Positions 13,344 through 22,666 of a stretch of DNA of 31,383 nucleotides are shown in pieces. Positions within the stretch are counted from its first letter, which is position 1. Each line of letters begins with the position of its first letter. This DNA comes from a virus: the IMG/VR virus record IMGVR_UViG_3300023213_000416. One strand, 5' to 3'. A model generated the notes under the pieces. That model worked only from the letters and a program-made list of their open reading frames with translations. It did no database searches and was not told the origin of the DNA. The position numbers and the translations under genes were made by a program.

Positions 13344-14396
13344 TTAAAAAGTACCGCTCATACCTACAACCATAAATACAGTAGCAGCCCCTGGATCAGC
13401 AGACATCAATATAGTCAATGTTGATGCCGTAGGAGTAACTTTCTGTATTGATACAGGATTAGTAGAAGTTTTTATTGCAACAGTAACTACACTATTAATA
13501 GTAAATCTAGCATCTGCTATGACAGCAGTAGCGGAACCACCAGCAAATGGAAATTCAACGGCAATAGGATTAATTGTCGAATCTACAATAGTACCATTAA
13601 CATCATTAAATACAGGAAGCGCTCCTATTGTTGATGTAATTCCAAATAATGAAACTACTTCTTGTTGTGTATTATCAGTAACACCTTTAGCTGCTGCTGC
13701 TCCTAATGGTCCACCATCAGTAATGGATCCCAAACCATCAGCAAATCTAGCAATATGATTGATAATAGGACCACCATTAATAATACTTGCTACATTGGGT
13801 TGACCAGGAGATGTAACTCCTTTAAATGCTGCATCTCCTAGCGTACCACCTGCTTGTAAAGTACCCGCAGTATCGGAAAATGTAGCTACATTTCCTGGTG
13901 GAACTGGATTAAGTACTGAACTAACTGTGGTTAAACCATTATTAGAAGCAGCTTTAAATGCTGCTGTACCTAATGAAGCAGTTGTTGAAAAAGAAAAATT
14001 AATTGGATCAATACCAATAAATTGTGGTGTAGGTTCTATTATAACTGCTATTTCTCCAGCTCCTGTTGAACCGGCGCCAATAGGAGCAAAATAACCAGCT
14101 TTTATTTGTTCAGGATTTTGGAAATCTTGCGAACGTGTTAATGTCCATACTAATCCAGCTACTGTAACAACATAAATACCATTTTGAAAAGAAGTGGTTT
14201 GTCCTGCTAAACACACTCTATCTCCAGGATTCATAAGAACACCATTTAATGTTAATGGTATTAAACTTGTTCCTTTTAAAGTAGCTCCAATACCATTAGT
14301 ACCATTATTATAAGTTCCAGTTAAATTAGAAGTTAAAATAACTCGACATGATGTTAGTTGCGAAGGTATTACAAATTGAGTTAAGGAAGTTGTCAT
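13344..14396 (-). CDS. Tail fibre protein, 350 aa
   Basis: The N-terminal module LTGTYNNGTNGIGATL..GDRVCLAGQ..QNGIYVV..WTLTRSQD is paralogous to ORF 12435..13334. The rest is a Gly/Ala/Thr-rich repetitive shaft (..LGTAAFKAAS..LGDAAFKGVT..LGAAAAKGVT..). Confidence 0.7.
   Translation of the reverse strand: MTTSLTQFVIPSQLTSCRVILTSNLTGTYNNGTNGIGATLKGTSLIPLTLNGVLMNPGDRVCLAGQTTSFQNGIYVVTVAGLVWTLTRSQDFQNPEQIKAGYFAPIGAGSTGAGEIAVIIEPTPQFIGIDPINFSFSTTASLGTAAFKAASNNGLTTVSSVLNPVPPGNVATFSDTAGTLQAGGTLGDAAFKGVTSPGQPNVASIINGGPIINHIARFADGLGSITDGGPLGAAAAKGVTDNTQQEVVSLFGITSTIGALPVFNDVNGTIVDSTINPIAVEFPFAGGSATAVIADARFTINSVVTVAIKTSTNPVSIQKVTPTASTLTILMSADPGAATVFMVVGMSGTF
14276..14316. repeat. 41-bp perfect direct repeat, copy 2
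   Basis: Identical to 13121..13161. Confidence 0.9.
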
Positions 14397-14411
14397 TTAA
14401 TTCTCCTATTA

Positions 14412-14756
14412 TTAATATCCACATACAATTATATAAACTAGCGTTCCATCAGAAGCATTTACAATAGTATTGCCCAATGAAAGCAAATTAGTTCCTTGAC
14501 CTACATTAATTATAATAGATTTTAAATCATTACTAATAGATTTAATACTTGTAAAAGTATAATTTGTGGGTGTTGTTGTATTATTAGATGCAGTTGCTAC
14601 AATAGATGTAATACCAGTAAAAAAAGCATCTATTTTGTTATCATCTAAAATTGCAAAAGTAGCTTGTCCATTAGTAGTTGTAGCCGAACCTTGCCACATT
14701 AATATTCCTGTTTGATCGGGAGAATTATCATTAATTATAGGATTGACTAATGGCAT
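14412..14756 (-). CDS. Small beta-rich virion/fibre-associated protein, 114 aa
   Basis: Thr/Asn/Ser-rich open frame embedded in the fibre cluster, with tight spacing. No motif recognised. Confidence 0.45.
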   Translation of the reverse strand: MPLVNPIINDNSPDQTGILMWQGSATTTNGQATFAILDDNKIDAFFTGITSIVATASNNTTTPTNYTFTSIKSISNDLKSIIINVGQGTNLLSLGNTIVNASDGTLVYIIVCGY

Positions 14757-14766
14757 TTCGATATCC

Positions 14767-15210
14767 TCAATTTAAATTCCAAGAAATGGTACTTTGTAAA
14801 AATCCCACTGTTCCCACGGCGGCAAAATTTCCTGTTGTTATACTATGCCAAATTGATATAACACCTGCATTATTTACTTGTATACTGGCATTTATAAAGG
14901 TTGCTGCTGTAGATTGAACAATAAAAGGATAAGAAATAGTTGTAGATAATAAAAAACGTGCCGGAATATTTACTGAATTTACAATATGATTGGCATTATT
15001 ACTTGCACTTGAAATAGTAGGTAATTTTAAAATAACTATTTTACCTATCTTAATTATTTTATATTCACCGGCTTGAGGAACAGCAAAAGGTCCTGTCCAA
15101 GTATTTCCAGTTGATGAAAATTCCTCATAATAATTTAATAATGTTTGTCCTATATTACTAGGTAAATAAACACCTATTCCTCCTGAATCAATTGCATTAT
15201 TAATTGTCAT
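14767..15210 (-). CDS. Small fibre-like protein, 147 aa
   Basis: The N-terminus MTINNAIDSGG parallels MATNNAINSPK of ORF 15223..15804. Beta-rich, and embedded in the fibre cluster. Confidence 0.45.
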   Translation of the reverse strand: MTINNAIDSGGIGVYLPSNIGQTLLNYYEEFSSTGNTWTGPFAVPQAGEYKIIKIGKIVILKLPTISSASNNANHIVNSVNIPARFLLSTTISYPFIVQSTAATFINASIQVNNAGVISIWHSITTGNFAAVGTVGFLQSTISWNLN

Positions 15211-15222
15211 AATTATTTTCTC

Positions 15223-15804
15223 TTATACAATCGTAAAATTACCTACGGGTCCTTCAACAGTCCATGTTGTATTAATTACAATACATCTTAATCGTAAATT
15301 ATCATACTGATTAGTAGAAGAAATACTTCCGGCTACTCCTATCGTTGTAACTTGACTACCCAAATGAATTAATTGTCCAGCATTTTGCGCAATTGTAAAT
15401 CCTCCAGATCCTAATCCATCTACTTCAATTTTATCACCTACTATCGCTGTACTCGGTAATGTTAAAGTAACTAATGCAATATTATTAGCTACATAACCAT
15501 TATTAACAGCCATTGCTTGTGATACACCAGTTACAGTTGTCCATGTATCATTACCGGTAGATGAGATAGTAATACTACCTGCGCCATTTGTAATAGTTAT
15601 ACCGCTTCCACCTGTCAAAGTAGTAGCAACTGGATCAGCAGCTGTAGAGCCTATTAACATTTGGCCATTAGTTAAAGTTAATTGTGTTAATGCACTTGAT
15701 CCTGCTCCAACTAATATTGCATGACCTGTAGGATTTGAAATACCTGTTCCACCATCCGTTGTGCTAAAAGGTTTAGGTGAATTTATCGCATTATTTGTTG
15801 CCAT
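15223..15804 (-). CDS. Tail fibre protein, 193 aa (shared C-module)
   Basis: The C-terminal approximately 105 aa are paralogous to the C-termini of ORFs 12435..13334 and 15823..17763, and it contains the 113-bp identical block. Confidence 0.65.
   Translation of the reverse strand: MATNNAINSPKPFSTTDGGTGISNPTGHAILVGAGSSALTQLTLTNGQMLIGSTAADPVATTLTGGSGITITNGAGSITISSTGNDTWTTVTGVSQAMAVNNGYVANNIALVTLTLPSTAIVGDKIEVDGLGSGGFTIAQNAGQLIHLGSQVTTIGVAGSISSTNQYDNLRLRCIVINTTWTVEGPVGNFTIV
15295..15407. repeat. 113-bp perfect direct repeat, copy 2
   Basis: Identical to 12510..12622. Confidence 0.95.
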
Positions 15805-15822
15805 ATTATCCTCTATTTCAGA

Positions 15823-17763
15823 TTAAACAATGACATAATCAGCTATAGTTCCCGTATAAGAAATAATTTGAAATTCTGTATTGGCTGTAATACAAAGTAA
15901 TTCAACAGAATCATGATTAAATGTAGAAGCAATACTTCCTCCTACACCTGTAGTAGTTATTGTATTATGAAAGAAAATCTTTTGGCCGGCATTTTGTCTT
16001 ATTATCCATCCATTAGCGCCATAACCAGCTATTCTTATTATATCACCTTCAATAGTGGTTAGAGGTAAAACAAAAGTAGTTAATAATCCAAATTTGTCGA
16101 TATATCCTGTATTAGAAAGCATATTAATAGGACCAGCACCTAAAACTTGCCAATTAAAAAGTCCTAACGATAAAGATGTAATAACCCACATATTAGGGGT
16201 ACCATAAATATATTTTCTAATCTGAACAACGCTTCTAGGAATAATTATATTAGGACCTTGAATAGTATCTGTTGTAGAAATACTTATAGATACAGGCCCA
16301 GGATTATAAACAGTTGTAAAAAATCCACGTCTTAAATCAGTTGTTGCATTATTAGGAAGGGTTAATGTTTTTGGATTTGAATTATTAGGAAAATAAATAA
16401 ATGAAGCATGATCAGTTATTAATAATGTTCTTGTATCGATATTATTATTCTGAATAGGTTCAAAATTTTGTCCTGTCCCACTTGTAGAAATACTTACAAA
16501 ATTAGCTATATCAGTTGCATCAGTTAATTCTAATGTAACCGATTGGTTATGTCCTAAAGCTTCATAAGTCCAATAATCAATTTGATTGCTTGCTGAAGGA
16601 ATAATTTTTATTCGTTCAGATGGATCATTACCTATATGTTTTACAGTAAATTTGAATCCTTTAAATAAAGTACTTCCAGGCGATATTGTAATATTACTTT
16701 GGGGTGTTGATGTATTATTAACTAATATAAGTGCATTATTATCAACATTGGTAACTGTATAATTTCCACCAATAGTAACTATCTTATCAAATAAACTATT
16801 GTACATTATTTGAGATGGAGTTGCTCCATTAATATAATTAGGATTAGATGATAATAAAATTGTAAACAAAGAGTTATGTATTCCATCTAAAGTAATACCT
16901 TTAAAAATTACATTAGTAGTAAAAAATACTTGATTACTTCCTGTAGATGTAGATCTAATTAAAATATTTTCTCCTTTTAAATTAGAACCAAAAAGAGAAG
17001 TTATATTTGCAGAAGAAGATGCTGTAATTGTTAATATTCCATTAATAATACAATTAACTATTATTAATATTATATCTGTATTCCCACTATTTATAAATGT
17101 AGTTTGTCCTATATTTCCATGTTCAATAATTGCATTACAATTAGAAAAATTAAAAAAAGGTGAAGTAAATAAATTTTGTATTTCAAACAATTTTATAATA
17201 GTAGTACCATTAGGATTACCAGAAAAATTCCATGTAGAAATATTTTGAATAACAACATTTTTTAAACTAAAAAATGATGATGCACCACTTGATAAATCTA
17301 TATTTATTCCATTAATAAGAGTTAAATTAAATAAATTTGTAATGATACAATCACCACCGTTTAATGTGAAATTTGGATCACATATAATAGTATTCATAAC
17401 AGTTAATTTTGAATTTGATCCTTCAATATGAACAAATGCTTTTAAAGCCAAATTAACTTCAGAATATTGTCCTGTTGCCATAATAATTTGAAATGGATTT
17501 GTTTGGCTAGCAGTTGTAATAGTTGATAATGCATGTGATAAAGTTGCATAAGGATTATTGATAGAACCATTTCCAGTTATATCTGATCCATTTATAGCTA
17601 TATAAACAAAATTATTAGGTGATAAGATATTTTGTTCAATATAATTTAATTGTTGTAATCTACTTTCTTTAAAACTACCTGTACCATTAGCTGATACTTC
17701 ATAAATATCTGTTGTCATTTGAGATACTAATGGACTTAAGTCAACAATACGTTTATTAGCCAT
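15823..17763 (-). CDS. Tailspike with predicted right-handed beta-helix (depolymerase-like) body and shared C-module, 646 aa
   Basis: VYIAINGSDITGNGSINNPYATLSHAL resembles the entry motif of pectin-lyase-fold proteins (yVa..GsD.n.GS...PfaTi..Al). The body is a long Asn/Ile/Thr-rich repetitive region. The C-terminal GWIIRQNAGQKIFF..GSIAST..LLCITAN is homologous to the other two fibres. Confidence 0.65.
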   Translation of the reverse strand: MANKRIVDLSPLVSQMTTDIYEVSANGTGSFKESRLQQLNYIEQNILSPNNFVYIAINGSDITGNGSINNPYATLSHALSTITTASQTNPFQIIMATGQYSEVNLALKAFVHIEGSNSKLTVMNTIICDPNFTLNGGDCIITNLFNLTLINGINIDLSSGASSFFSLKNVVIQNISTWNFSGNPNGTTIIKLFEIQNLFTSPFFNFSNCNAIIEHGNIGQTTFINSGNTDIILIIVNCIINGILTITASSSANITSLFGSNLKGENILIRSTSTGSNQVFFTTNVIFKGITLDGIHNSLFTILLSSNPNYINGATPSQIMYNSLFDKIVTIGGNYTVTNVDNNALILVNNTSTPQSNITISPGSTLFKGFKFTVKHIGNDPSERIKIIPSASNQIDYWTYEALGHNQSVTLELTDATDIANFVSISTSGTGQNFEPIQNNNIDTRTLLITDHASFIYFPNNSNPKTLTLPNNATTDLRRGFFTTVYNPGPVSISISTTDTIQGPNIIIPRSVVQIRKYIYGTPNMWVITSLSLGLFNWQVLGAGPINMLSNTGYIDKFGLLTTFVLPLTTIEGDIIRIAGYGANGWIIRQNAGQKIFFHNTITTTGVGGSIASTFNHDSVELLCITANTEFQIISYTGTIADYVIV

Positions 17764-17771
17764 AAAATTCC

Positions 17772-17912
17772 TTAATCAGTTACTCGATTATCAGTTGTAT
17801 CTGTAATTCTATCTTCTAATGCATCTGTAATACGTTGATCTTCAAAAGGTGGAGGAACAATGGTTCCTTGAAATGGATAAACCATAATAGGAATACTACC
17901 ATATGCAAACAT
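17772..17912 (-). CDS. 46-aa micro-ORF with RITD repeats (not in ORF track)
   Basis: Hand translation gives MFAYGSIPIMVYPFQGTIVPPPFEDQRITDALEDRITDTTDNRVTD. Its ATG overlaps the upstream TAA by 1 nt (TAATG), and it fills an otherwise empty 148-nt gap. Confidence 0.3.
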   Translation of the reverse strand: MFAYGSIPIMVYPFQGTIVPPPFEDQRITDALEDRITDTTDNRVTD

Positions 17913-18205
17913 TAACTTCCCCACCTTAAACTAGCCACAGGAATTGTAGTGCCTGCACTATTTATTTGAATAGAAAAAATAGGATGCCAAATTCCAGGTA
18001 CTAAATTAGGCAAAGTTTCTATAGTCCCGTCCCATTTCAAATAAGATAAATTTCCTGCTGTACCCACATATATCCATCTTGCAAATTCATTATAAGGTAC
18101 ATCAAGAACTGGAGTGCCTGTTCGAGCTATACCAGCTAATAATCTAGCTGGACCTGTATAAAGATTTGGATCTAATGATGGAATAAAAAAAGTAGTTATA
18201 GACAT
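17912..18205 (-). CDS. Small virion protein, 97 aa (possibly related to GTA-type spike-base proteins)
   Basis: GPARLLAGI...ARWIYVGTAGNLSYL..DGT...LPNLVPGIWHPI....INSAGTT matches, from memory, the GPAR...alyVG.aG.l......G......n...G..lPi....V...GTTA pattern of the Rhodobacter GTA rcc01079-type family. Confidence 0.5.
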   Translation of the reverse strand: MSITTFFIPSLDPNLYTGPARLLAGIARTGTPVLDVPYNEFARWIYVGTAGNLSYLKWDGTIETLPNLVPGIWHPIFSIQINSAGTTIPVASLRWGS

Positions 18206-18214
18206 TTCAAATCC

Positions 18215-19771
18215 TTAAAGTTTAATAAACATATTATTATATACTGTTGGTTGAATATTATTATGTGGTTGATCAGCACCTTGAGCAGCTACATCAACTT
18301 GTGTAGCAAAATCAAATGAAGAAGAAAAAGATGCACCGGGCACAAATAAGAAAGGTGGTAATCCATCCGTAATGATATTTTTAACGGGTAATACACTACC
18401 TGGATGATTATGAAAAGGCATTTCAGGAATTGTTAATATATGTGTTCTTTCGCCTTCAATAAGACCTAAAGTTCCTATAGTAAAATCGCTACCTGCAATT
18501 ACACGTCCTACTTGTTGTGTTAAAGTCATAGGTTTATTATTTGCAAAATCATCAATAGCGCTTGCTCCACGTCCACCTATTACAGGCGCAAATGCCTGTG
18601 AAACATTATTCCATAATGTTTGATACAAAAAGAATGTATTAATATTTGCATGAGTAGCACCTGAAAATGCACTTCCTATCGATCCATTATCCATAGGTAA
18701 CCATCCGCCACCTAAACCTAATCCAAAATTATTTAAAGTAGTTCTAATATCACCTGTTCTTGGAGAATTTATAATAGCATCTGATTGATCGAAACTATCA
18801 AAATCACTCGAAGGATTAATATTACCTAAATAAAATGATATTTTAGCTATATCAATATTACATTGAACACTTAAAGGATAATTAATTTGTAAATAAACAC
18901 CATCATTGCCGCAAGTTCCTATAGTCATTAATCCTGTACTTGGGATTACAAAAGTAAGAACATATTTTTGCCATGTAGTGGTTAAAGTAATTGTTTGAAT
19001 AATGCCTAAATTAGTAGGTGATGGAGCACCGCCGTTGCCAAAAAATTGAGCTATATTGATATTTAAAAATTGTCCCGCTATAGCTGCTTTAGCCCATAAA
19101 GAGACTGTCACTGTTTGATTTTCAAATATATTTACTTTAGCAGCTATTGGAAATTGTACTCTTTTGTCTGTTTCTCCTGGAATAACGGTATTACATTGAT
19201 AATGTAAATAAAAAGGAGATGTAATATCACCTGTAAAAGGTGTAGTTCCTAAAGGAAATGCAATAATTTGCATTTGATCGATATTAGCAGTAGATGTTTT
19301 GAAAAAAATAATATCTGGCGACTGAAATCTATCATGATTACTTGGAGCAATTACAGTACCAATAGGAACTGGCGATGGAATATTTTCTGCTCCACGCCAA
19401 AAATTATTATTGGTAACATAATTTTTTAAAGAAATATTATTAATAACATTGCCCCCTCCGCCGCCAGGAGGCGAAAAATTATCTTGTGTCCATAAAAGAA
19501 CTCCATTTCTATCAAATACTTCAATGAAATAAAGTTCATTTGGATTATTTGGATCGAATTCCCAATAAATAGGACCTTGACTACCATTTAAATCAAATCG
19601 TACAGGTTGAGCATAAGGAAATACACCATTTGGATCGGTAAATACATTTTTAGTTTCTGTTTTATTAAGACTTCTAAATGTAAACATTGTAGCTGCGCCT
19701 GCGGGTCTGCCCAGATTATCCGCTATATACCATTTAGGATTTATCGCTAATGAAAATGTGGGATTGGCCAT
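18215..19771 (-). CDS. Tail fibre with C-terminal phage tail-collar domain, 518 aa
   Basis: GGGWLPMDNGSIGS...GGRGASAIDDF...GRVIAGS...GERTHILTIPEMPFHNHPG...GADQPHNNIQPT matches the Collar-domain signature (GW..cdG..., lPdlrGr, Ge..h.Lt..e.P.H.H, qphnn.qP). It also has an N-terminal W.I.DN.GRP.. fibre-attachment-like motif. Confidence 0.75.
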   Translation of the reverse strand: MANPTFSLAINPKWYIADNLGRPAGAATMFTFRSLNKTETKNVFTDPNGVFPYAQPVRFDLNGSQGPIYWEFDPNNPNELYFIEVFDRNGVLLWTQDNFSPPGGGGGNVINNISLKNYVTNNNFWRGAENIPSPVPIGTVIAPSNHDRFQSPDIIFFKTSTANIDQMQIIAFPLGTTPFTGDITSPFYLHYQCNTVIPGETDKRVQFPIAAKVNIFENQTVTVSLWAKAAIAGQFLNINIAQFFGNGGAPSPTNLGIIQTITLTTTWQKYVLTFVIPSTGLMTIGTCGNDGVYLQINYPLSVQCNIDIAKISFYLGNINPSSDFDSFDQSDAIINSPRTGDIRTTLNNFGLGLGGGWLPMDNGSIGSAFSGATHANINTFFLYQTLWNNVSQAFAPVIGGRGASAIDDFANNKPMTLTQQVGRVIAGSDFTIGTLGLIEGERTHILTIPEMPFHNHPGSVLPVKNIITDGLPPFLFVPGASFSSSFDFATQVDVAAQGADQPHNNIQPTVYNNMFIKL

Positions 19772-19778
19772 AATTATC

Positions 19779-21383
19779 CTATCTATTCAATAAATTTCTT
19801 ATTTCATTAATTGCTTCAGCACCACCATATAAAGCCCCGGCACCCATTCCATATTTTGCTAATTTTTTTAATTTTTGATGCGTTCTATAAGATTTCTCTA
19901 AATTAGCCAAATAATTAGCTGATATTGGATCGGTAATATCTTTTATAGCTTCAGGAGCGCTAGCATAAGCATTTAAAACATTTTCAGCAGTAGGTTTTAA
20001 TTCACCTTCTTTTGCTTTTAATCCTTTTGATAAAGTTAAAGCTAATAAATCTTTAATTTGCGATGGATTTTCTTGAAGATGTGTACGAATAATATCACGT
20101 GTTCCTGGAATATCATATTTTTCTAATGCTTTTAAAATATTAGGAATCGCTTTACCTTGCTTGCCTTGAACAATACGTGCTACTTCAGGTATTTCATTAT
20201 AAGGCACTATATGAATACGCCAAAAATTACGCGCATTTTCAAATGAATTATTTAATCTAATATCACCATTTTTAATAAAGCTATTGCTTATACTATCAAG
20301 AATTCCAATTCTTGTATCATGCAATAAATTAGCTGTATTTCTTTCAGAAGGATTTATTTCTTTACTACTTATCAAATTTGAACGTTCTTTTAATAATTCT
20401 GATTGTAATCGATGTGCATTATCGACAGATGGCGATTTTTTAAAATTATCAATTAAATTATTTAAATCAGATGTTATTCCAGAGAGTTCTTTGTCTTTAT
20501 TAGCCATTAATAATCTATCTAAATTATTATTAGTGATTGGATCTAAATCTATTCTCTTAAAATTTGTAGTTTGACTAATACCAGGAATACCAACAGTTAT
20601 ATCAGGAGAATATCCTGTTGCATGTGCTTCATTTAAAAAATTATTAAATAATTGTTTACCTTGATTTAGTTTATTTTGATAATTTTGGTTAATATTTTCA
20701 GCATTTAATTTATTTAATTTACCTGATTTTAAACCACCTGAAATATTTTCATAAAGTTGATTAGCTAATTTATCAGGATTTCTAAATAAATCTTTTCCCA
20801 TTTCTCTAGCCGTAGAAATCGCTGTTGTAGTTCCACGTAGAACAGGTCCAGCAGCCGCTCCTCCGATAGCACCTAAAACAGGATGTTCAGGAAACATTCC
20901 AGCTCCCATACCAGCGCCTAATGTAGCTTGAGTAGTTTTTAATGCTAATATATCACGCGCCTTATTTAAAGAATTAGCTATCATAGGAATAGATGACGCA
21001 GCCCTTTCTATTCCACCTATTTTGCTTATTGCACCTAATGCTCCAGGCCCTAAAAACATTCCTCCTAATTGACCTATTTGACTTCCAATTGTATTAGGCG
21101 CGAAATTAGCTTCTGGTGATTGAGGAATTTTCGTGCCTAATAATCGATTAATCCCACTTGTTGCTAAATTATATGCACCAGGAATTGCATTAATAACCGT
21201 TTGAAGAGCGCCTAAAGTAGGATTAACAGTCATTTCTTCAAATGGATTAAATGAAGGTTTTTGTGCAATATTTTGTGATATAGAAGATTTTTGAGCATCA
21301 ATTTCATTAATATCGTTTAATGTAGGCTTATATCCTTCATTATCAATTTCATTAATATCTGCTATTGTGGGTTTATATGCCAT
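19779..21383 (-). CDS. Internal virion / ejection protein candidate, 534 aa
   Basis: Occupies the P22 gp16 position. It has Gly/Ala-rich hydrophobic stretches (GAGMGAGMFPEHPVLGAIGGAAAGP), and its N-terminus carries a tandem 15-aa duplication (YKPTIADINEID / YKPTLNDINEID). Confidence 0.5.
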   Translation of the reverse strand: MAYKPTIADINEIDNEGYKPTLNDINEIDAQKSSISQNIAQKPSFNPFEEMTVNPTLGALQTVINAIPGAYNLATSGINRLLGTKIPQSPEANFAPNTIGSQIGQLGGMFLGPGALGAISKIGGIERAASSIPMIANSLNKARDILALKTTQATLGAGMGAGMFPEHPVLGAIGGAAAGPVLRGTTTAISTAREMGKDLFRNPDKLANQLYENISGGLKSGKLNKLNAENINQNYQNKLNQGKQLFNNFLNEAHATGYSPDITVGIPGISQTTNFKRIDLDPITNNNLDRLLMANKDKELSGITSDLNNLIDNFKKSPSVDNAHRLQSELLKERSNLISSKEINPSERNTANLLHDTRIGILDSISNSFIKNGDIRLNNSFENARNFWRIHIVPYNEIPEVARIVQGKQGKAIPNILKALEKYDIPGTRDIIRTHLQENPSQIKDLLALTLSKGLKAKEGELKPTAENVLNAYASAPEAIKDITDPISANYLANLEKSYRTHQKLKKLAKYGMGAGALYGGAEAINEIRNLLNR

Positions 21384-21385
21384 TG

Positions 21386-22657
21386 CTATCCAAATTGTTG
21401 TTTATATTTATTTTGTTGATCAATACTTAAATTTCTATACCAAGTTTGAAATTCAGTTTTATTTTTAAAAGTAGGAATATTTATAGACTCATTAGTTTTT
21501 CTATTGACAGTTTGATTAACATCAGTATTTAAATATTTAGTAGCTTTTTTATTGGCAGTTTCAACTGTTTCATTTAACCATTGTTCAACTAATTTATTAC
21601 TTCGTTTAAATATTTCTGGCGTTACTAATGATTGATAAGCTTTTACATTTAATAAAGATGTATTTGTTAATTCTCTTAATGCTTCAACACCTACTTGTCC
21701 TTGCATCATTCTTATACGAATAGCTATCAATTCCGGAACTAAAGCACGTGCTGCTAAAAATTTAGCTTGTTCTTCTTTATTTTTTCCTGTTAAAGCTTGT
21801 CCTATTTGTAAAGGTGACATTCCACCAATTGTTTGTGCATATGGTCCAACTGCATCAGTAATTTTAGAAGCTAATACATTCAATTCTTGATTCGCAACCT
21901 GTCGTTGTTTCAATTGATTTTGACCGGCTGCAGTTAATGGATAAATAGGCTCAGGCATATTGGTTGGATCAAATCCATGAGTCGTAGCAATCTGCTCCAT
22001 AGTTTGACCATTAGATAATAATTTAGTCATTTCAGTTGGTTCAATTCCCATACCAGCACCCTGAGCTAACATTGCGCCTCTAAAATTAACTGGCATTTGT
22101 TGAAAATTATATCCTTGAGTTCTAGCTTGATTATAAGCAGCACTTGCATTTTTAGCTGATATATTACTTTCAAGACCTTTTTTCATTGTATCTACTAAAG
22201 AAAATTGTTGAGAAGGTGTTGTAGATAGTGCAGAACTAGGTTGTGTAGCTTGTAAATATTGAAAACTTCCAATTTGTCCTGCTGTTCCAGGCATATTTAA
22301 TAAAGGAAATTGATTTTCTATTTGTTGTTTTTTTAATTGAGCTGCTTTAAAAGCAATATCTGTAGGAACACTTTGCAATAAAGCATTAGTATAAGCGGTA
22401 TTAGCTTGTCTAGAAGCTATTTCAGAAGGAATAGAAGATAATTGTCCTTGTCGTAATGCTATTTCTGATTGAATATTAGGAGCATAATATTGAGCTGTTT
22501 GTCCTGTCAAAGCTGCTTGTGCTTGTTTTTGAGCTAATTCTGCTTGCATTTGTTGTGGCATTGCATTCAATTTTAATTGATTCATTTTATTTGCAATCAT
22601 TTCATCACTTAATGCATTAGCATTCTGAATGCCTTGTAAAATAGGATTTGGAAACAT
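21386..22657 (-). CDS. Internal virion / ejection protein candidate, 423 aa
   Basis: Gln/Ala-rich low-complexity helical protein in the P22 gp20 position. Confidence 0.5.
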   Translation of the reverse strand: MFPNPILQGIQNANALSDEMIANKMNQLKLNAMPQQMQAELAQKQAQAALTGQTAQYYAPNIQSEIALRQGQLSSIPSEIASRQANTAYTNALLQSVPTDIAFKAAQLKKQQIENQFPLLNMPGTAGQIGSFQYLQATQPSSALSTTPSQQFSLVDTMKKGLESNISAKNASAAYNQARTQGYNFQQMPVNFRGAMLAQGAGMGIEPTEMTKLLSNGQTMEQIATTHGFDPTNMPEPIYPLTAAGQNQLKQRQVANQELNVLASKITDAVGPYAQTIGGMSPLQIGQALTGKNKEEQAKFLAARALVPELIAIRIRMMQGQVGVEALRELTNTSLLNVKAYQSLVTPEIFKRSNKLVEQWLNETVETANKKATKYLNTDVNQTVNRKTNESINIPTFKNKTEFQTWYRNLSIDQQNKYKQQFG

Positions 22658-22666
22658 TTTTAATCC

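Noticed and set aside
12435-17763. Diversity-generating retroelement acting on the fibre C-modules
   Set aside because: The complete genome has no reverse transcriptase. The repeated segments are identical rather than differing at adenine positions as a TR/VR pair would.
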